Assembly: GCA_040772885.1 (NCBI GenBank)
Contig: JAXGXF010000003.1
Span: 190,373-254,372, forward strand
DNA from: Candidatus Pullichristensenella sp.
GTDB taxonomy: Bacteria; Bacillota; Clostridia; Christensenellales; Aristaeellaceae
Direction: 5' to 3'
DNA length: 64,000 nt
Shown here: one piece after another, positions 41,723 through 54,050 of the stretch
How the letters are laid out: each line of letters starts with the position of its first letter
Position numbering within the stretch: position 1 is the stretch's first letter
Position numbers and translations under genes: made by a program
Notes under the pieces: model-generated
The model's input: only the letters and a program-made list of their open reading frames with translations
Told to the model about the DNA's origin: nothing
Databases searched by the model: none

Positions 41723-41910
41723 GGTTTGTGAAAGCTGCGGGCAAACCGCCCGGCAGGGGATGCGAGCGCGCCATTTGGAACGTGGGATGCGCAAGAGGAA
41801 CCTGACCGGCGGGCGGATGCGATCGCGCCAACGATCGCCGAAGCGCCGGCACGCCCCAAAGTTGCTTTAACCGTCGCTTACGTCGAAAAGGATATATAGG
41901 AGGGACAACA

Positions 41911-42381
41911 ATGCCCAGACGTGGATTCATCCCGAAGCGCGAAGTGCTTCCGGATCCGGTATACGGAACGGTGGTCGTTACAAAGCTCATCAACCAGATG
42001 ATGTACGACGGCAAGCGCGGCGTCGCGCAGACCGTCTGCTACGACGCGTTCGCGCAGGTCGCGGAGAAGACCGGCAAGGACGCCATAGAGGTGTTCAACC
42101 AGGCGATCGCAAACATCATGCCCTCGCTCGAGGTCAAGGCGCGCCGCGTCGGCGGCACGACCTATCAGGTTCCGATCGAGATCCGCAACGAGCGCCGCCA
42201 GACGCTGGCGCTTCGCTGGCTCGTGACGTTCGCGCGCAAGCGCGGCGAGCGCATCATGTCCGACCGCCTCGCCGGGGAGATTCTCGACGCCGCGAACAAC
42301 GCCGGAAACGCCGTCAAGCGCCGCGAGGACATGCACAAGATGGCCGAGGCAAACAAGGCGTTTGCGCACTATCGCTGGTAA
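41911..42381 (+). CDS. rpsG: 30S ribosomal protein S7
   Basis: [19 protein letters not shown]...; RBS GGAGGGA. Confidence 0.97.
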   Translation: MPRRGFIPKREVLPDPVYGTVVVTKLINQMMYDGKRGVAQTVCYDAFAQVAEKTGKDAIEVFNQAIANIMPSLEVKARRVGGTTYQVPIEIRNERRQTLALRWLVTFARKRGERIMSDRLAGEILDAANNAGNAVKRREDMHKMAEANKAFAHYRW

Positions 42382-42405
42382 TCCTTCAGAGCTTAACGTC
42401 ACTCT

Positions 42406-42440
42406 GTTTCAGCGCGCGGCACGTATCCGCGCGCTGAAAC
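42406..42440 (+). promoter_or_regulatory. 14-bp perfect intercistronic stem-loop between rpsG and fusA
   Basis: GTTTCAGCGCGCGG-CACGTAT-CCGCGCGCTGAAAC. No U-tract follows. Confidence 0.6.
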
Positions 42441-42501
42441 GGGCTTTAAGCGCAGGCATTTGAGCGCGCCGAACCAATACAAAGAAAGAGAGAAATCGCC
42501 C

Positions 42502-44574
<2,073 letters not shown>

Positions 44575-44598
44575 GTTAAAATTTAGGAGGAAGACGAA

Positions 44599-45810
<1,212 letters not shown>

Positions 45811-45825
45811 TATTGTCGAAAACAA

Positions 45826-45858
45826 AATCCGGTCGGTTCGATGGAAACCGACCGGATT
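45826..45858. terminator. bidirectional terminator between tuf and mnmM
   Basis: AATCCGGTCGGTT-CGATGGA-AACCGACCGGATT, followed by CTTTATGGTTTT. Confidence 0.7.
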
Positions 45859-45860
45859 CT

Positions 45861-46427
45861 TTATGGTTTTCTGCGGACCGCCAGCAGCTCCGGGGGGTCG
45901 TTTCTCTGGTTCAGGTATCGCTTCCAGAGCGCGTCGTATCTCGGGTCGAGTGCGGCGGCCCAACGCTTAAGCGCGTCCCGCTCGCGCGCCCCCTCCGCGT
46001 GGCCGGGGTAGACGCACACCGTCAGGATTCCGCCGGGGTTCAAAAGCCCTATCGCCTGCGAGACGGCGGAGAGCGTCGTCCCGGTCGCCGTCGTGACCGC
46101 GCGTTCCGCTCCGGGCAGCCAGCCCAGGTTGAACACGATCGCGTCGGCCGGTTCGCGGACGAACTCCGCCATGCGCTCGTGGCCCGCGCAGAAGAGCTCC
46201 GCGCGGCTGAGCAGCCCCGCCTCCGAGAGCCTTGCGCGCGTGCGCTCGACGGCCTCTATCTGCACGTCGAAGCCGCAGACGCGCCCCGCCTCCCCGACCA
46301 GTTCGCACAGCCGGACGGTGTCGCGGCCGTTTCCGAGCGTCGCGTCGATTGCGCGCGCGCCGGGAAACAGCGCGCCCGCGATCATTTCCGCCGCCCAGTG
46401 CCGGGCGCTTCCGAAGTCGTTCGACAT
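45861..46427 (-). CDS. mnmM: class I SAM-dependent methyltransferase, YtqB/MnmM-like (tRNA mnm5s2U34 methyltransferase)
   Basis: The ORF is trimmed to the ATG at 46427 behind GAGGTG. DATLGNGRDT, FNLGWLPG, VYPGHAEG and NQRNDPPELLAV match B. subtilis YtqB as I recall it. Confidence 0.78.
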   Translation of the reverse strand: MSNDFGSARHWAAEMIAGALFPGARAIDATLGNGRDTVRLCELVGEAGRVCGFDVQIEAVERTRARLSEAGLLSRAELFCAGHERMAEFVREPADAIVFNLGWLPGAERAVTTATGTTLSAVSQAIGLLNPGGILTVCVYPGHAEGARERDALKRWAAALDPRYDALWKRYLNQRNDPPELLAVRRKP

Positions 46428-46474
46428 AATGCACCTCATAAAGCGGCGCGCCGTTTCCGACGCGCCGCTGCATT

Positions 46475-46693
46475 TTACCGGATCGCGATCCCCACGATCA
46501 CCGCCGCGGCGATCAGCGCGACGATCGACCAGATGATCGCGTCCATCGTCCGGACCGAGATCTTGCCCTTCAGCCCGCCGTATACGCTCTCGCGCCACGG
46601 CTTTCGCGGCTCCCTCGGGCCGTCGCCTCCGCGCTTTTTCGCCTCTTCCTGAAGCCGAAGCTGATTGTCGCGGACGGGGTCCTGCCATTTCAT
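46475..46693 (-). CDS. possible 72-aa tail-anchored small protein
   Basis: The ATG at 46693 overlaps the permease stop (TAATG). The N-terminal half is charged and the C-terminus has a TM helix IIWSIVALIAAAVIVGIAI. There is no family assignment. Confidence 0.4.
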   Translation of the reverse strand: MKWQDPVRDNQLRLQEEAKKRGGDGPREPRKPWRESVYGGLKGKISVRTMDAIIWSIVALIAAAVIVGIAIR

Positions 46694-47967
46694 TACTTCT
46701 TGACCAGATACTTGCGCACGTCGATCGCGACCGCAAGCACGATGATCAGGCCGCGCACGATGTACTGCAAGTACGGGTTGATCTGCAGGAAGTTCAGCGA
46801 GAAGTTGATCGCCTGCAGTATGATCGCGCCGATGACGACGCCCTGAATCGTGCCGACGCCGCCCGAGAACGACACGCCGCCGATGACGCAGGCGGAGATC
46901 GCGTCGGTCTCGTAGTTGATGCCGGTGTTCGCGCCGACGGACTGTATGCGCGACGCCTCGAGGAAGCTCGCGAGCCCGTAGAGTATGCCGGCCATCAGGT
47001 AGACCAGCATGATCGTGCGCGCGACGTTGACGCCGGAGACCGCCGCGGCCTCCTGGTTTCCGCCGACGGCGAACATGTTCTTGCCGAGCCGCGTCTTGTT
47101 CCAGATGACCCACATGATGCCGGCGATGCCAAGGAAGATCAGCACCAGGAACGGAATCTTCACGTCGGTTACGACAAAGCTGCCGAGCAGGAAGCCGGCC
47201 TGATGCGAGGCCCCGATCGCGATGCCGAGCGCGATCCACAGAAGCACGGCCGCCGCGAGGAGGTAGAGCGCCGCGAACGGGATCACGAGCCTTCCGGCGG
47301 CGAGTTTGCGCAGCTTCCGCTTGCCCGCGGGCGTCAGGTTTCCGATCACCCACGTGAGGATTCCCGCGAGGAGCAGTATCAGCGGCACGTAGTAGAGCAC
47401 GATGTCGCCGAGCACGACGCTGCCGCCGGAAATCTTCAGGAAGTTCCGGTCAAAGGTCGCGAGCGCCTGCGCGGAGCCGGCGGACTGGCCCTCGATGTAC
47501 AGGCAGTTCGCGCCGAACGCGATCAGCTGCATGCCGAGCGTTATGATGAACGCGTGCATCTTCAGGTGCGCGACGCCGAAGCCGTTGATCAGGCTTATGA
47601 CCACCGCGACGACGACCGCGGCCAGAAGCGGCAGGAAGAACGGGTTCAACTGCTCGACCATCTGCGGGTAGTAGCGCGAGGGGTAGTCGATGCGCTGCAC
47701 GAGCGACGCGCACACCGCCGCGGAGAGCCCCAGCACGCGCCCGATGGACAGGTCCGTGCCCGCGAGCACGATCAGGCCCGCGCAGCCCAGCGCCAGGATG
47801 CCCTTCGTGGACGCCTGCTTCAGAATCTGCATGATGTTGTCGACCTTCAGGAAGTTCGGCCGGGCGATCGACACGCCGACCAGAATCGCGCCGAGGATGA
47901 TGTACAGCGCGTAGTTGAGGAGGAACTCCCCGGCACTTCTCTTTTTGAGGATATTGGTGTTCTGCAT
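46693..47967 (-). CDS. mglC: sugar ABC transporter permease (MglC/RbsC family, extended)
   Basis: 424 aa and polytopic. GTDLSIGRVLGL is typical of this permease family. Confidence 0.85.
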   Translation of the reverse strand: MQNTNILKKRSAGEFLLNYALYIILGAILVGVSIARPNFLKVDNIMQILKQASTKGILALGCAGLIVLAGTDLSIGRVLGLSAAVCASLVQRIDYPSRYYPQMVEQLNPFFLPLLAAVVVAVVISLINGFGVAHLKMHAFIITLGMQLIAFGANCLYIEGQSAGSAQALATFDRNFLKISGGSVVLGDIVLYYVPLILLLAGILTWVIGNLTPAGKRKLRKLAAGRLVIPFAALYLLAAAVLLWIALGIAIGASHQAGFLLGSFVVTDVKIPFLVLIFLGIAGIMWVIWNKTRLGKNMFAVGGNQEAAAVSGVNVARTIMLVYLMAGILYGLASFLEASRIQSVGANTGINYETDAISACVIGGVSFSGGVGTIQGVVIGAIILQAINFSLNFLQINPYLQYIVRGLIIVLAVAIDVRKYLVKK

Positions 47968-47985
47968 CGTTCATTCTCCTCGGTC

Positions 47986-49500
47986 TTAAACGTATTTTGC
48001 CGCGAGCGCGAGGATCGTCTCCTGCTCGCCTTGAACGCCGCCAAAGTCCCTGCCGCGCTCGACGATGCCGGCCAGCCGGCCGTTGGACATGACCAGTATC
48101 CGGTCGCAGATGCCGATCAACTCCGGCATCTCGCTCGAGACCATCAGGATGCCCTTGCCCTCCTCGGCGAGCTTCAGGATCAGCTGGTAGATCTCGAACT
48201 TCGCGCCGACGTCGATGCCGCGCGTGGGCTCGTCCAGCAGAAGGATCTCCGGATTCGTGAGCAGCCACCGGCCGATGATGACCTTCTGCTGGTTGCCGCC
48301 GGAGAGGGAGCGTATGGCCGTGCGCTCGCTCGGGGTCTTGACGCGGATCGAGTCGATGACCCACTTCGTGTCCCTCGACATCCGCCGTCCGGAGAGCAGA
48401 AGCGCGCCGTACTTGCGCACGTTTGCGATCGTCGAGTTGAACACGATGTTCATCATCGGGAACAGGCCGGTCGCGCGGCGCTCCTCGGTGATCAGCGAGA
48501 AGCCGTTCCTGCGCGCCTCCTGCGGCGTGCGGTTCTCGATGGGCCTGCCCTCGACGAGCACCTCGCCCTCGCCGCGCGTGAAGTAGCCGAACAGCGTATT
48601 GAGAAGCTCCGTCCTGCGCGAGCCCACGAGCCCCGCGACGCCGAGCACCTCGCCGCGCCGAAGCTCGAAGCTCACGTTGTGGCAGGCGGGCTCGTACTTG
48701 CCGGAGACGTTTTTGACCTCCATCAGCACGCCGCCGGGCGTGTTGTGCTTCTCGGGGAACCGCTGCGTCAGGTCGCGGTTGACCATCAGGCGGATGATCT
48801 CGCTGTTGTCGAGCTCGTTCGCCGGGCGCGTGGCGATCCACTGGCCGTCGCGCATGATCGTGACCTCGTCGGAGATGCGCAGTATCTCGTCCATCTTGTG
48901 CGAGATGTAGATGATGCCGACCCCCTGCTTGGTCAGCTTTTCAATGATGCTGAACAGGTGCTCGACCTCGTTCTCGGTCAGAGACGAGGTCGGCTCGTCC
49001 AGCACCAGTATTTTCGCGTTATAGGAGACGGCCTTCGCGATTTCGACCATCTGGCGCTGCGAGACGGAGAGCTTGCCGATGATGACGCGCGGGTCTACCG
49101 AGATGCCCAAGGTCTCAAAGATGCGCTTCGTCTCCTGGTACATGCGCCTTCCGTCGACGAAGCCGAATTTCATCGGGAAGCGGCCGAGCCAGACGTTTTC
49201 CATGACGTTGCGTCTAAGCACCTGGTTCAACTCCTGGTGCACCATGGCGACGCCGTTGTCCAGCGCGTGGCGCGGGTTCGTGAAGTCCACTTCCCTGCCC
49301 TCGAGCCGGATGCTCCCCGCGTCCTTCTTGTAAATTCCGAACAGGCACTTCATAAGCGTCGACTTGCCCGCGCCGTTTTCGCCCATCAAAGCGTGGACGC
49401 TTCCCGCGCGCAGGTGAAGCTTGGCGTTGTTGAGCGCCATGACGCCCGGAAACTGCTTGCAGACGTCGGTCATCTCAAGCAGATAGGTTTGCTCTTGCAT
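47986..49500 (-). CDS. mglA: sugar ABC transporter ATP-binding protein (tandem ATPase, MglA-like)
   Basis: The ORF is trimmed to the ATG at 49500 ([20 protein letters not shown]). It has two nucleotide-binding domains (GENGAGKST; LSGGNQQK). Confidence 0.9.
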   Translation of the reverse strand: MQEQTYLLEMTDVCKQFPGVMALNNAKLHLRAGSVHALMGENGAGKSTLMKCLFGIYKKDAGSIRLEGREVDFTNPRHALDNGVAMVHQELNQVLRRNVMENVWLGRFPMKFGFVDGRRMYQETKRIFETLGISVDPRVIIGKLSVSQRQMVEIAKAVSYNAKILVLDEPTSSLTENEVEHLFSIIEKLTKQGVGIIYISHKMDEILRISDEVTIMRDGQWIATRPANELDNSEIIRLMVNRDLTQRFPEKHNTPGGVLMEVKNVSGKYEPACHNVSFELRRGEVLGVAGLVGSRRTELLNTLFGYFTRGEGEVLVEGRPIENRTPQEARRNGFSLITEERRATGLFPMMNIVFNSTIANVRKYGALLLSGRRMSRDTKWVIDSIRVKTPSERTAIRSLSGGNQQKVIIGRWLLTNPEILLLDEPTRGIDVGAKFEIYQLILKLAEEGKGILMVSSEMPELIGICDRILVMSNGRLAGIVERGRDFGGVQGEQETILALAAKYV

Positions 49501-49573
49501 CAATTTCACCGCTCTTTTCAGTGTTCCGCCCCCGACTAAGGCCGGGAGCCGCCCCTGCCCTGATCGCAAAAAT

Positions 49574-49643
49574 CCCTCCCGCCGGAAAGGGGCGGAGGAA
49601 TGCTCGAATATATTCGACGGGAGGCGCTTGCGCGCCTCCCGTC
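49574..49643 (-). promoter_or_regulatory. intercistronic stem-loops between the binding-protein and ATPase genes (attenuator/partial terminator)
   Basis: A 12-bp perfect stem GACGGGAGGCGC/GCGCCTCCCGTC lies at 49616..49643. A second hairpin at 49574..49599 is followed on the minus strand by a T-run. Confidence 0.5.
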
Positions 49644-49671
49644 GACGCTTCAACGGTCGCTGGTCAAGCTG

Positions 49672-50712
49672 TTACTCGACTTCGGTGATCTTCGCGTAGG
49701 GGATGCGGATGCACTTGAACGCGTCCTCGGTGGTGTAGACGTAATCGGTGCCGTCCAGCCACTCCTTGCCCAGCGCGCCGTTCACCGCGATGCGGATGTT
49801 CGCCTTGCCCATCGCGTCGCCGTCCTGCTGAACCGTCGCGGTCATGCCGCCTTCCTTGATGGAGACCATCGCGGAGTCGATCGCGTCGACGCCGATGATG
49901 ACCACGGACGGATCGCCGTCAAAGCCGGTGTTGTAGCCGTAGCCGTTCAGGGCCGCGACGGCGCCCAGCGCCATCATGTCGTTGTTGGCGAAGATGACCT
50001 CGATCTTGTCGCCGCTGGCGGCCCAGACCGCGTTGATCGCTTCCTGCGCCTGCGCCTGGTCCCAGTTGCAAACCAGCGTCTCGCCGATCTGCTCGAGCTT
50101 CAGGCCGTTGGCAATGGCGGTCTCGACCGAGTACTTCGAGCGCGCGATCGCCTCGTCGTTCTGCGGCTCGCCCATCAGCATCACGTACTGGAGCACGCCG
50201 TCGCCGTTCTTGTCGATCGAGGAATCCGCCTTGTACAGGTCGGCCAGGATCTCGCCCTGCATGTCGCCGGCCTGGCGGGCCAGCGTGCCGATGAAGATCG
50301 TGCCGGTGTCAACGAGCACTTCCTGCGTCGTATCGGCCGCGGGCTGCTTGTTGTAGAACAGGAACGGGATGCCCGCTTCCTGGAAGAGCGAGGTCAGCGC
50401 CGCGCCGTTGGAGACCTCCGCGAGGTTGATGATGACGAAGTCGCAGCCCTGCTGGCAGATCATCGTCGCCTGCTCGATCTGCTTGCCGATGTCGTCGGCC
50501 GCGTCGTACATCGTCAGGTTGATTTTGATGCCCAGTTCCTCGGAGTAGGCCGCGGCCCACTTCTCCATGGCAGCACGCACGGTGCTTCCATAGGTATCGT
50601 CAAACTTCCAGACGAGCGCGCGGATATCGAGCTCGGTCTTCTCCTCCGCGAGGGCGGACGCGCAGCCCAGCGCCAGAACCAGCGCCAGAACCAGAACCAA
50701 CAGTTTCTTCAT
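49672..50712 (-). CDS. mglB: galactose/glucose-type ABC substrate-binding lipoprotein (MglB-like)
   Basis: The ORF is trimmed to the ATG at 50712 behind AAGGAGG. The lipobox is LALGC. KNGDGVLQYVMLMGEP...ANNDMMALGAV resembles MglB. Confidence 0.88.
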   Translation of the reverse strand: MKKLLVLVLALVLALGCASALAEEKTELDIRALVWKFDDTYGSTVRAAMEKWAAAYSEELGIKINLTMYDAADDIGKQIEQATMICQQGCDFVIINLAEVSNGAALTSLFQEAGIPFLFYNKQPAADTTQEVLVDTGTIFIGTLARQAGDMQGEILADLYKADSSIDKNGDGVLQYVMLMGEPQNDEAIARSKYSVETAIANGLKLEQIGETLVCNWDQAQAQEAINAVWAASGDKIEVIFANNDMMALGAVAALNGYGYNTGFDGDPSVVIIGVDAIDSAMVSIKEGGMTATVQQDGDAMGKANIRIAVNGALGKEWLDGTDYVYTTEDAFKCIRIPYAKITEVE

Positions 50713-50813
50713 TTGGGGTTCCTCCTTCAGCATTTTGCACCATTTGCTACGACCAAAACCGGGGGAACCGGTTTCGGAGGATAACCAAGGCCGGTCTCAA
50801 CAGAGACATAACA

Positions 50814-50842
50814 ATTATACCTATGCACAGGAATTTCGTCAA
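50814..50842 (-). promoter_or_regulatory. sigma-A promoter of the mgl-like operon
   Basis: On the minus strand: TTGACG (plus-strand 50837..50842), a 17-nt spacer, then TATAAT (50814..50819). Confidence 0.5.
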
Positions 50843-50927
50843 GTAGAAAATCTTTGGATTTTCGGGCGTTTCCTTTGGGTTTCCGGAGAGGTATATAATG
50901 AGGAAGGATTTCGGGCGCGAGCGGAGG

Positions 50928-50963
50928 AAACGAAAGACAGGGCGCTTTGCCTGTCTTTCGTTT
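50928..50963 (-). terminator. 14-bp perfect hairpin terminator after the 50982..51527 gene
   Basis: AAACGAAAGACAGG-GCGCTTTG-CCTGTCTTTCGTTT. Confidence 0.65.
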
Positions 50964-50981
50964 GTAACCTCGAACTCTATC

Positions 50982-51527
50982 CTACTCCGCCCCGTTTATG
51001 AGCTTCATCCAGCGACTCTTCAGCGGCGCGACGTGCTCGCGCTCGACCGGGCGGAAGTCCCAGACGAAGTTCGCGTTTCCGCGGCGGCGCCTGGGGTTCA
51101 GAAGGCCGTTCTTCCCTCCGGTGATCTCCAGAAACGAGTTGAGCCCCGCGACGATTTCGACGGCGAACTCGTCCGCGTCGGGCGTATCGACGATGAGCTT
51201 GAAGCCCGCGCCGCCCTTTTTGCCGAAGCCCAAGAGCCCGCCCAGGCCCTCGGACTTGATGAGGATATCCTCGCAGCGCGCGCGCGCGCCGGGGATGCGC
51301 CGGATCGAGAAATCCTCGTCCGCGCCGGGAGCGGGGCCCTTGATCAGGCAGATGTCCTCGCCGCACTTCGCGACCGCCGTGAATCCGCCGTTGAATTGGG
51401 CAAACAGGCAGGCCTGCGCAGAGAAGCCCTCGTCCGTCAGGCGCTTTGCGAAGCGGAGCCGCTTGTCCTCGAGTTCCCTGAGATTCTGCTTTCGCTTGGC
51501 CTCCGCCTCGCTGGAAAATACACCCAT
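50982..51527 (-). CDS. hypothetical protein
   Basis: The ORF is trimmed to the ATG at 51527 behind AAAGGAG (MGVFSSEAEAKRKQNLRELEDKRL...). No family was recognised. Confidence 0.55.
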   Translation of the reverse strand: MGVFSSEAEAKRKQNLRELEDKRLRFAKRLTDEGFSAQACLFAQFNGGFTAVAKCGEDICLIKGPAPGADEDFSIRRIPGARARCEDILIKSEGLGGLLGFGKKGGAGFKLIVDTPDADEFAVEIVAGLNSFLEITGGKNGLLNPRRRRGNANFVWDFRPVEREHVAPLKSRWMKLINGAE

Positions 51528-51752
51528 CTCGTTCCGCTCCTTTCCGTTTGCATACATTATAACAGACTTTCCGCCGTTTCGCAACAGCCCGCCGCGGCGA
51601 TCGCGTGTCCGCCAAGCGCGGACAGCCGTCTTCGCGATTCCCGCATATTGGCGCGGAAACGGCGGCCAAGCGCGAGAATCCTGCAATTTTCGCGCGAAAA
51701 TGTCCGCGAGTTGGAGACACCGGCGAAATTTCGGCTAGGCTTTGCCGGGGAC

Positions 51753-51781
51753 TTGCAAATTTTCCGGAAATCCTGTATACT
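51753..51781 (+). promoter_or_regulatory. sigma-A promoter of the liv-type operon
   Basis: TTGCAA, a 17-nt spacer, then TATACT. The spacer contains the palindrome TTTCCGGAAA. Confidence 0.5.
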
Positions 51782-51818
51782 GATAAAGCGATATAAAATT
51801 TCTATGGGAGGGCTTTTC

Positions 51819-52970
51819 ATGAAGAGGATTCTGGCATTGGTTCTGGTGCTTATGCTGGCCATCTGCGCGTCGGCGATGGCCGAGACCGTGAAGATCGGCG
51901 TCTACGAACCGGCATCCGGAGACAGCGGCGCGGGCGGCAAGCAGGAGACGCTGGGCATGCAGTACGCGAACGCCGTCCAGCCGACCGTCGAGATCGGCGG
52001 CGTCACATACGACGTCGAGCTGGTCTACGCGGACAACCAGTCCTCGACCGACAAGGCGCCCTCCGCCGCGCAGCAGCTCGTCAGCGCCGGCGTCTCGGTG
52101 GTTCTGGGCTCCTACGGCTCCGGCGTCTCGATCGCGGGCTCGCCGTACTTCAAGGACGCGGGCATCCCGGCGATCGGCGTCACCTGCACGAACCCGCAGG
52201 TCACGCTCGGCAACACCCACTACTTCCGCATCTGCTTCCTCGACCCGTTCCAGGGCACGGTTCTTGCGAACTACGCGTTCAACACGCTGGGCGCGAAGAC
52301 CGCCTACTGCCTGGCCGAGCTCGGCAACGACTACGACGTGGGCCTCGCCTACTACTTCCAGCAGGCGTTTGAGGCGCTCGGCGGCACCGTGATCTCCGAG
52401 AACTTCCCGCAGGGCAACGCGGACTTCACCTCCTACATCTCGACCGCGACGCAGATGAACGCGGACGTGTTCTTCGCGCCGTGCTCGCTCGCGTACATCA
52501 CCCAGATCATCGACCAGGCCGCGGCGCAGGCCGTGACCTTCCCGCTGATGGGCGGCGACACGTGGGACTCCAACGTCGTGACGACCGCCGCGCACGGAAA
52601 GAACGTCGAGATCTACATCTCCACCTTCTATCAGGAGGGCGGCGCGCCCGAGTTCGACGCCGGCATCAAGGAGTGGATGAACAAAAATCCCGAGATGCTG
52701 ACGAACAACGGCGGCAACGACATGGTCTCCGCGGTCTCCGCGATGGGCTACGACGCCTACTTCGTGGCGCTCGAGGCGCTCAAGGCCGCCGGCACGATCG
52801 ACTCGAAGGCCGTGAACGAGGCGCTCTGGGATGTCGTGTACGAAGGCGTCTCCGGCCACATCGAGTTCAACCAGGAGACGGGCGACGCGAACCGCAACTC
52901 CGCGTTCATCAAGAAGGCGAACACGGCGGAGGGCGTCTGGGAGTTCGTGACGGTGCAGACCGTCGAATAA
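51819..52970 (+). CDS. branched-chain amino acid ABC substrate-binding protein (LivJ/K family)
   Basis: The ORF is trimmed to the ATG at 51819 behind GGGAGGG. It has a signal peptide and VKIGVYEPASG..., which is Peripla_BP_6-like. Confidence 0.88.
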   Translation: MKRILALVLVLMLAICASAMAETVKIGVYEPASGDSGAGGKQETLGMQYANAVQPTVEIGGVTYDVELVYADNQSSTDKAPSAAQQLVSAGVSVVLGSYGSGVSIAGSPYFKDAGIPAIGVTCTNPQVTLGNTHYFRICFLDPFQGTVLANYAFNTLGAKTAYCLAELGNDYDVGLAYYFQQAFEALGGTVISENFPQGNADFTSYISTATQMNADVFFAPCSLAYITQIIDQAAAQAVTFPLMGGDTWDSNVVTTAAHGKNVEIYISTFYQEGGAPEFDAGIKEWMNKNPEMLTNNGGNDMVSAVSAMGYDAYFVALEALKAAGTIDSKAVNEALWDVVYEGVSGHIEFNQETGDANRNSAFIKKANTAEGVWEFVTVQTVE

Positions 52971-52995
52971 ATCCGCGGGAAAATCAAGAGTGCGT

Positions 52996-53092
52996 GCATG
53001 GCGGGAGACCCTCTCTCCCGCCGTGCATCTGCTTTCCCCGGGGGTCCATGTGTGTCGCCTCGAAAGCGCACCGGGCGCGCCCTTTCGAGGCG
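52996..53092 (+). promoter_or_regulatory. two strong intercistronic hairpins between the binding-protein and permease genes
   Basis: A 13-bp stem lies at 52996..53026. An 11-bp perfect stem CGCCTCGAAAG/CTTTCGAGGCG lies at 53056..53092. Confidence 0.5.
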
Positions 53093-53117
53093 GCGCAGAG
53101 ACGAGGAGGGTTCCTTT

Positions 53118-54038
53118 GTGAGTACGGTCCTGCCCTATCTGCTGTCCGGCATCTCCGTCGGCGGGCAGTACGCCCTGATCGCCATCGGCTATACGATGGT
53201 CTACGGCATACTGCGGCTCATCAACTTCGCGCACGGAGACGTGTTCATGGTCGCGGGCATACTGATGGTGTATTTAAACGCCACCGGGCTTCCGCTGTAT
53301 GTGACGCTTCCGATGTCGGTCATTCTCACGATCATGATCGGATTCCTGATCGAGCGCGCGGCGTATAAGCCGCTGCGCTCCGCTCCGCGCATGTCGATCA
53401 TGATCTCCGCGATCGGCGTCAGCTATTTTCTGCAGAACATCGTGCTCTACGTGACCGGCGGATTGAACAAGGTCTACCCGACGGTCCCGTGGATCTCGGA
53501 GTCGGTCAGCGTGTTCGGCGCGTCGACGAAGATGGTCACGCTCGTCACGCCGGTCCTGACGCTGATCCTCGTGGTACTGCTGGTGCTCCTCATCAACCAC
53601 ACGAAGGTCGGCATGGCGATGCGCGCGGTCTCGAAGGACTTCGAGACGAGCCAGCTGATGGGCGTCAAGATCAACGCCGTCATCTCGACGACGTTCGTGA
53701 TCGGCTCGTTCCTCGCCGCGATCGGCTCGATCCTCTACTTCACAAACTACAACACCGTCATACAGACCTCCGGCGCGATGCCGGGGCTCAAGGCGTTCGT
53801 CGCGGCGGTGTTCGGCGGCATCGGCTCGATCCCCGGCGCGGTCGTCGGCGCGTTCATCATCGGCATCTGCGAAAACCTGATCAAGGGCCTCGACCTGATC
53901 TTGCTCAAATCGGGCATCATCAAGCAGACGCTCGATCTCACGACATTCTCCGACGCGTTCACGTTCGCGCTCTTGATCATCATTTTGATCGTCAAGCCGA
54001 CGGGGCTCTTCGGCGAAAAGACGACCGACAAGGTATAG
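53118..54038 (+). CDS. livH: branched-chain amino acid ABC permease LivH
   Basis: GTG start behind GAGGAGGG. GGQYALIAIGYTMVYGILRLINFAHGD is present. Confidence 0.9.
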   Translation: MSTVLPYLLSGISVGGQYALIAIGYTMVYGILRLINFAHGDVFMVAGILMVYLNATGLPLYVTLPMSVILTIMIGFLIERAAYKPLRSAPRMSIMISAIGVSYFLQNIVLYVTGGLNKVYPTVPWISESVSVFGASTKMVTLVTPVLTLILVVLLVLLINHTKVGMAMRAVSKDFETSQLMGVKINAVISTTFVIGSFLAAIGSILYFTNYNTVIQTSGAMPGLKAFVAAVFGGIGSIPGAVVGAFIIGICENLIKGLDLILLKSGIIKQTLDLTTFSDAFTFALLIIILIVKPTGLFGEKTTDKV

Positions 54039-54050
54039 GAGGGCAGGAAT

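Noticed and set aside
42460-42501. TTG-initiated 14-codon extension of fusA
   Set aside because: The GTG at 42502 gives the canonical EF-G N-terminus, and the extension has no RBS.
47203-49539. 778-aa ORF on the plus strand
   Set aside because: It is antisense to the mglC/mglA-like ABC genes.
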